From: Candidatus Atabeyarchaeum deiterrae
GTDB taxonomy: Archaea > Asgardarchaeota > Atabeyarchaeia > Atabeyarchaeales > Atabeyarchaeaceae
Assembly (NCBI GenBank): GCA_037310415.1
Contig: CP147780.1
Coordinates: forward strand, 1,952,001-2,016,000
Direction of reading: 5' to 3'
DNA length: 64,000 nucleotides
Positions 59,015 through 64,000 of the stretch are shown here, one piece after another. Within the stretch, counting starts at the first letter, position 1. Each line of letters starts with the position of its first letter. Below the pieces are notes generated by a model. It saw nothing but the letters and a program-made list of their open reading frames with translations, searched no databases and had not been told where the DNA came from. A program made the translations under genes and the position numbers.

Positions 59015-62000
59015 TTGGGAGAGAGGAACGAGGGAGATCAATTGCAGCAAAAGAGAGTACTATACACCCTATTTGTGGCAATTACGATACTCGTTGGAAT
59101 AGCTTCCCCATTCGGGAATAGCGCATTCATAACGCCTGCGTCAGCGCAGGACGAAACAGGGAACATAGTCATTCATGTCGTTGACTCGGTTAACAACCCT
59201 ATCAGCGCCGCAAGCGTCGTCTCCATCGCAGAGCCAACTGGTCAATCTCCTTTGAGTAGATTGACTGACCAAAACGGAATCGCCGAGTTTCTAGGTGTAA
59301 CGCCTGGCGACTACAGGTTCGAGATCTTCAAGGATGGCTACTACTACTCATATGAACCTCTGAGAGTTGAAGCTCTACAAACGACCTATAAGACAGTTGG
59401 ACTTGACATGTTCACTGGCTATGGCCCGCATGCGAGCGAAATCGTCTTCAACGAATACCCTGATTCCTATGCACAATATCAAGCAATGAAGGACGGTTTG
59501 GTAGACACAATGACCTGGCAAATACCATCCGACCTCATACCTGACGCGATACAGCGACAGACTGACGGGCAATTCAAACTATCAATGCAACCAAGCCCGA
59601 CTATCGTTCAAATCGCGATAAACTGCCTCCCGGCAAGATATCCACTGAACCAAGTCGGCTTCAGAAAGGCCCTCGCTCACCTGGTCGACAAAGACTCAAT
59701 CGTCGCGACAGGTTTGGGCGGATACGGCTATGTACTCAACAACCTTGTCCCCTCAGCTTACTTGGGAGTCTGGTCAAACCCTAGCGTAAGGACGTATGCT
59801 TACAGCTTGTCGGAGGCAAACAGGACACTATACGACTATGGCTTCTACTACACAGCTCAAGCTAACAGCTTCCCGCTTACGGGAGGGGTCTGGAAAGACA
59901 AAAACGGGGTTGACATTCGTTCAATAGAACTGCTCAGCCGAATAGACATTCTGGCTAGGAAGTTCGCTGCTGAACAACTGGGGCAGGCATTGGACGAGCT
60001 AGACATCTCTCACACCCTGCGATTGCTAACCCGGGACGATTTCAGGCATGTTGCATACGAGGCACCTTGGGACGACACTGATCTTGTCTTCGGCGGCTGG
60101 GGGACATCGCCTGATCCAACGTACCTTTGGAGCTTCTTCAACAGTAGATCTGACCCCTATTACAACTACGTATTTTGGAACAACTCCACCTACGATTACT
60201 GGTCAGACCTCATGATGAAATCCAGTAATTACACCGAAGTTCTAACAGCTTGCTACAAATGTCAGGAGTTGCTTGCAGACGGTGTGCCGTACATTCCACT
60301 ATACAATCAGCTATCAGTTGGTGCGGGTTCAGTCGACTGGGATGGGTGGATCGACGCCATTAACCCTTGCAGTGACGTCGGCATAGCGAACTTCTACAGT
60401 TTCATCGAAGTTCACCCAATTGGGGCGACCGTCGGAGGATCACTGAGAATTGGGTTGCATGCGCCGTTAACTTCTCTCAACTATTTCGGACTGCACACTT
60501 ATAGCACGGACTTCTATGTATTTGATCTCATATACGAACCCCTTACGCGTCCTGACCCTTACACTTCAGTCTGGCAACCGTGGATGGCTGAGAGCTACAA
60601 GATAGAGACCTTTGACTTGAATCCAAGCGAACAGGGCTTGAAGATAACTTTCGTACTGAGGGACAACTTGAAGTGGCACGATGGCGAAAAGGTAAACTCG
60701 ACCGACGTCAAGACCACATTCGAATTGTTCAACTCGACTGGGTGGATCAACACCCTTCATAACGTCACCACCCCCGACGACAGGACCGCCATCGTATACC
60801 TGAAGACGGCATCATTCTTTGCTTTTAGTTCGATAGCTTGGCTGCCCATTCTTCCGAATCACATCTGGTCAGACTACGCGGCAGATCCTAACATCTGGAA
60901 CTTGGACGTTGAGCAACTCGGCATGCTGGTCGGTTCGGGTCCATACGTGTTCGAGGAGCATTCTACTGGCAACTATGTGAGGCTGAAAGCCTTTGCCGAC
61001 TACGTCAGGCCGCCAGTGTCATGGTCTGAGCCCATGTACACCCCCATTGGATCTGGCATCGAGGTCAGTGACCCAGTGACAAACATCGCGGTGACCTTTG
61101 ATCAAGTTACTGAGAGTGGAACAACTCTAGTTACTACTAGCGAGATGGGCCCAGGACCGCCGCTAGAATTCCAGGTCACTAGCACTTACTACCACATCAT
61201 GACAGACGCGAGTTACACTGATGCGATTACGATAGCAATCCCCTACAATGAAAGCAGAATCCAAGGCGACGAAGAGAGCCTAAGACTGATGCACTGGGAC
61301 CAAAGCATGGCAACGTGGGTTGATGTGACGAGCGGAAGAGACACTACTAACAACATAATCTATGGAACCGTCACAAGTCTCTCAATATTCGCCTTGATGG
61401 CTGACGTCGTGCCACCAACTACTGAATTGACCATCGGGACGCACTACTCTGACCCCTCAGGAAGAACTTACGTCACATCAAGCACAGACTTGACACTTGT
61501 GGCTGGCGATCAAGGCTCAGGCGTGCGAAACACATACTACCGCATAAACAGTGGTGATTGGATACCGTATGCAGGTGCCTTCCATTTGGTCGGTTCAGAT
61601 GGGACTTACACAATAAGCTACTACAGCACTGACGTTGCGGGCAACAACGAGACAGCGAAATCCACAACCCTGACACTGACAAGCATTAACGTTGACTCGT
61701 ACATATCAAAAGGAGACTCTAACCGGATAAGCTATTTCGACGTTGTCTTCTCTAAGGACAAGTCATCGGGTTACAGGCTCGTTTCGACCAACCCAGGGGA
61801 ATTCTTCTACAACTTTGAAGTCACCAACAACTGGCCCATCCCAGCTCGAACGATGGCAATCAACCTAGCTATACCGAGTGCATTCGCGATGAAAGGCGCA
61901 AACCCAATACAGGTATACCTTAACGGCAACGACATAACCGGCTACTGCACAATCACGGGCACCACGATAACAATCGCAAACGTTCCTGCTGGCGGCACGG

Positions 62001-62413
62001 TTCATGTAAGGGTTCACTTGGACTACGCCTTGAAAGGAACCATCTATCCGTCTCTTGACAGTTTCGCGATGAGGGGCTACGCCTTCCATACAAGCGTCAC
62101 TGGATCAGGCGACCTCATAGGAACACACGCTTCTACAACTGACCTAATTGCTCACCAGAAGAAGACCACAGCGATAGCTGGCTTCGTAACTGATGCCAAT
62201 GGCAATGGTGTCCAAGGCTTGACAGTGCAATTGTTTGATTCGATTGGGAACTTAATACAGACGACAGTCACAGATGAAAACGGATTCTACTACTTCATAG
62301 ACATTCAGGCTGGAAGCTACACCGTCAAGGTCACAGATAGTGGTGCAACATATATTCAGAGTGTCATCGCAATAGACCGTGAATTAATGGGATTAGATTT
62401 CGGGATTCAATAG
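59015..62413 (+). CDS. multidomain secreted protein: circularly permuted family-5 ABC solute-binding domain flanked by carboxypeptidase-regulatory/Ig-like modules
   Basis: Signal peptide; FRKALAHLVDK, PYIPLY, LRDNLKWHDG...DV, GSGPY; YYSTDVAGN; TDENGFY.F..I.AGSY. Confidence 0.85.
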   Translation: MGERNEGDQLQQKRVLYTLFVAITILVGIASPFGNSAFITPASAQDETGNIVIHVVDSVNNPISAASVVSIAEPTGQSPLSRLTDQNGIAEFLGVTPGDYRFEIFKDGYYYSYEPLRVEALQTTYKTVGLDMFTGYGPHASEIVFNEYPDSYAQYQAMKDGLVDTMTWQIPSDLIPDAIQRQTDGQFKLSMQPSPTIVQIAINCLPARYPLNQVGFRKALAHLVDKDSIVATGLGGYGYVLNNLVPSAYLGVWSNPSVRTYAYSLSEANRTLYDYGFYYTAQANSFPLTGGVWKDKNGVDIRSIELLSRIDILARKFAAEQLGQALDELDISHTLRLLTRDDFRHVAYEAPWDDTDLVFGGWGTSPDPTYLWSFFNSRSDPYYNYVFWNNSTYDYWSDLMMKSSNYTEVLTACYKCQELLADGVPYIPLYNQLSVGAGSVDWDGWIDAINPCSDVGIANFYSFIEVHPIGATVGGSLRIGLHAPLTSLNYFGLHTYSTDFYVFDLIYEPLTRPDPYTSVWQPWMAESYKIETFDLNPSEQGLKITFVLRDNLKWHDGEKVNSTDVKTTFELFNSTGWINTLHNVTTPDDRTAIVYLKTASFFAFSSIAWLPILPNHIWSDYAADPNIWNLDVEQLGMLVGSGPYVFEEHSTGNYVRLKAFADYVRPPVSWSEPMYTPIGSGIEVSDPVTNIAVTFDQVTESGTTLVTTSEMGPGPPLEFQVTSTYYHIMTDASYTDAITIAIPYNESRIQGDEESLRLMHWDQSMATWVDVTSGRDTTNNIIYGTVTSLSIFALMADVVPPTTELTIGTHYSDPSGRTYVTSSTDLTLVAGDQGSGVRNTYYRINSGDWIPYAGAFHLVGSDGTYTISYYSTDVAGNNETAKSTTLTLTSINVDSYISKGDSNRISYFDVVFSKDKSSGYRLVSTNPGEFFYNFEVTNNWPIPARTMAINLAIPSAFAMKGANPIQVYLNGNDITGYCTITGTTITIANVPAGGTVHVRVHLDYALKGTIYPSLDSFAMRGYAFHTSVTGSGDLIGTHASTTDLIAHQKKTTAIAGFVTDANGNGVQGLTVQLFDSIGNLIQTTVTDENGFYYFIDIQAGSYTVKVTDSGATYIQSVIAIDRELMGLDFGIQ

Positions 62414-62432
62414 GCTAAGGTTTCTGCACAAT

Positions 62433-62447
62433 CCCCCCTCTTTTTTT
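62433..62447 (+). terminator. pyrimidine/oligo-T archaeal terminator
   Basis: CCCCCCTCTTTTTTT about 20 nt after the stop codon. Confidence 0.55.
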
Positions 62448-62638
62448 CAAGGCAGAACCGAGTCTTTTTCTCAGATGATACTTGTCACCATGGGGGTTTT
62501 GCTCGCTCATCGTCGTCGAGGCCCGCGCAAACGTGCACATAACTCGGCTTATGTGCAGTTCCAAAGAGTGACTCTTTGGTGTCGACTTATGGCTGTTTTG
62601 TAGCAACGTTATGTTGCAATTAGATGTAGACGTGGGGG

Positions 62639-62699
62639 CTATATAAAGTCATACGTTTTACATGATTTTTGAGAGTGAGCTCACCTTACGGGGTGGGCT
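62639..62699 (+). promoter_or_regulatory. TATA box and 5' hairpin upstream of 62727
   Basis: CTATATAAAG, then AGCTCACC-ttacgg-GGTGGGCT about 30 nt downstream. Confidence 0.5.
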
Positions 62700-62726
62700 A
62701 CCTGACAAACAAGGGAGTGTGTCTGA

Positions 62727-63635
62727 ATGGACAAAAGACTAGCTTTGCTTCTGGTTGCGTTGGTTTCCTTCGGGGTTGTTGTGACCGGAATGGGAGTTCT
62801 TACCCCTGCTCAGGCTCTTGACCCGACTTTTAGTTGCACGGCTACGCCTAACAAGGCCATGTATGTATACGGTGAATCTGCCACGGTCGCCATAACGTTA
62901 ACGTATAACTACGTGGCGGCTGCCAAATACCTGAACATAAGGCCATACTTGAATGACGTTGTCCAGTCTACCTCTTGGGGACAGTTCAAGGTCGTGGCGG
63001 GGAGTGCTGGATATACGAACAGCTCTACTAAGACAATGCCGGTGAATGCTACTAAGTTCTTTGGCACTCGAACGTATGTGTTGAAGTTCATAGAAAACAC
63101 GACGAACTTCGTAATAGCTTCGGTGAGCTTCGTGATAACGGTGTCGAGCGCGGGCTATACTTTGAGTGTTGGCATGGTGTACACGGATAGCGACGGTGAC
63201 AAGGTGCTGGATGCGAATGAACCAATCCAGTATACTGCATACCTCACTTACTCGTATCTCAACGTCTCAAAATCCGTTGCGTGGGCGATAAGTATCGATG
63301 GTGGCGCATACCTCACTTTCGACAACGACACGATCGTAGGGAGTAACACAATCAACAGTCTGTATTCCAACACGTTCTCGGTAGACGGGAAGCATGCGGT
63401 AGACTTCAAGGTATATGACAGTCTCGGCGTTTCCTTAGCGACTCAGCACCTAGACGTTGTGGTCGGTGGTGTTGCTGCAGGTAGCTGGATAGACTACCTT
63501 GTGGAGAATCCGCTGTTAATCGTTGCTATTGTTGGCGTTGTTCTGGTTGTGCTTGTTGCTGCTATTGCATTGCGTAGGCCTAAGGGTAGCTCTTCACGGC
63601 GGTTCGGGCGGTGGCGACGTAAGTATAGAGGGTAG
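62727..63635 (+). CDS. cell-surface protein: signal peptide, two Ig-like domains, C-terminal TM and Arg-rich tail
   Basis: Hydrophobic N-terminus ending AQA; DSDGDKVLDANE Ca-binding-like loop; tail RRFGRWRRKYRG. Confidence 0.8.
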   Translation: MDKRLALLLVALVSFGVVVTGMGVLTPAQALDPTFSCTATPNKAMYVYGESATVAITLTYNYVAAAKYLNIRPYLNDVVQSTSWGQFKVVAGSAGYTNSSTKTMPVNATKFFGTRTYVLKFIENTTNFVIASVSFVITVSSAGYTLSVGMVYTDSDGDKVLDANEPIQYTAYLTYSYLNVSKSVAWAISIDGGAYLTFDNDTIVGSNTINSLYSNTFSVDGKHAVDFKVYDSLGVSLATQHLDVVVGGVAAGSWIDYLVENPLLIVAIVGVVLVVLVAAIALRRPKGSSSRRFGRWRRKYRG

Positions 63636-63692
63636 GCGTTGGGAACAGGGCTAACTTCTCCCTCATTTTTTCTAATAGGAGCTGGTGAAACT

Positions 63693-64000
63693 ATGGGGCG
63701 CGGTGTAATCGTCGTTGTGTTCATACTTGTCTTGGCTGCTGGTGGTATGTTCGTAAGCAACTACAAGGGTGAAGCTACGGCTACGGTGTCTGCAAGTGGT
63801 AGTGTTGTGAATGGCAATGAGGAACTTGGTTTCACGTTGTCCGGAGATCAAACGTGGCTCGCTTGTTGGGCTTTCGGTGCAAAGTGGCTCGTGAACGGTC
63901 AAGAGCGTCTTACTGCTGGATACTCGTATTCGTTGGATGTCAGCGGTCAGAACTTGGTTCAGGGTAGTGTTGTTGAGACGGTGACATTCAAAGCTGCTAA
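63693..64000 (+). CDS. secreted or membrane-anchored hypothetical protein (truncated by the window edge)
   Basis: Translated by hand: MGRGVIVVVFILVLAAGG..., open to the end; GGAG/GGTGA upstream. Confidence 0.75.
   Translation, partial: MGRGVIVVVFILVLAAGGMFVSNYKGEATATVSASGSVVNGNEELGFTLSGDQTWLACWAFGAKWLVNGQERLTAGYSYSLDVSGQNLVQGSVVETVTFKAA

Noticed and set aside
1-64000. CRISPR arrays, tRNA/rRNA genes, integrases or transposases
   Set aside because: No regularly spaced repeats, cloverleaf signatures or recombinase motifs were seen by eye; a tRNAscan/Infernal run is needed to exclude them fully.

Overview
Archaeal chromosomal segment, inferred from gene content, TATA-like boxes, GGAGG/GGTGA ribosome sites and frequent TTG/GTG starts. 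An anaerobic Asgard- or Bathyarchaeia-like organism is plausible but not proven. The left ~25 kb is catabolic: a GH4 glycosidase, an AOR-RraA-LarA operon with a divergent MFS transporter, a corrinoid protein with a GH94-like phosphorylase and two MtaA/URO-D methyltransferases, an M20 peptidase and a second AOR. About 25-37 kb holds assorted small enzymes and hypothetical genes. The most notable locus is 37.3-43.6 kb: a co-oriented vWA-PP2C-kinase-vWA-kinase-vWA array that looks like an expanded, divergent TerY-phosphorylation (TerY-P) triad. Its kinases are atypical, its vWA proteins carry conserved cysteines, its PP2C is fused to a PGF-pre-PGF-like domain, and one kinase appears to start at ACG. 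It is followed by a candidate structured RNA and a toxin-antitoxin-rich zone (45.8-58.7 kb) containing gene relics and an IS200/IS605-like terminal palindrome. The window ends with an orphan, permuted, multidomain ABC solute-binding protein and compositionally distinct surface-protein genes. I recognised no rRNA, tRNA, CRISPR array, integrase or transposase. All family calls are from motif recognition, not database searches.
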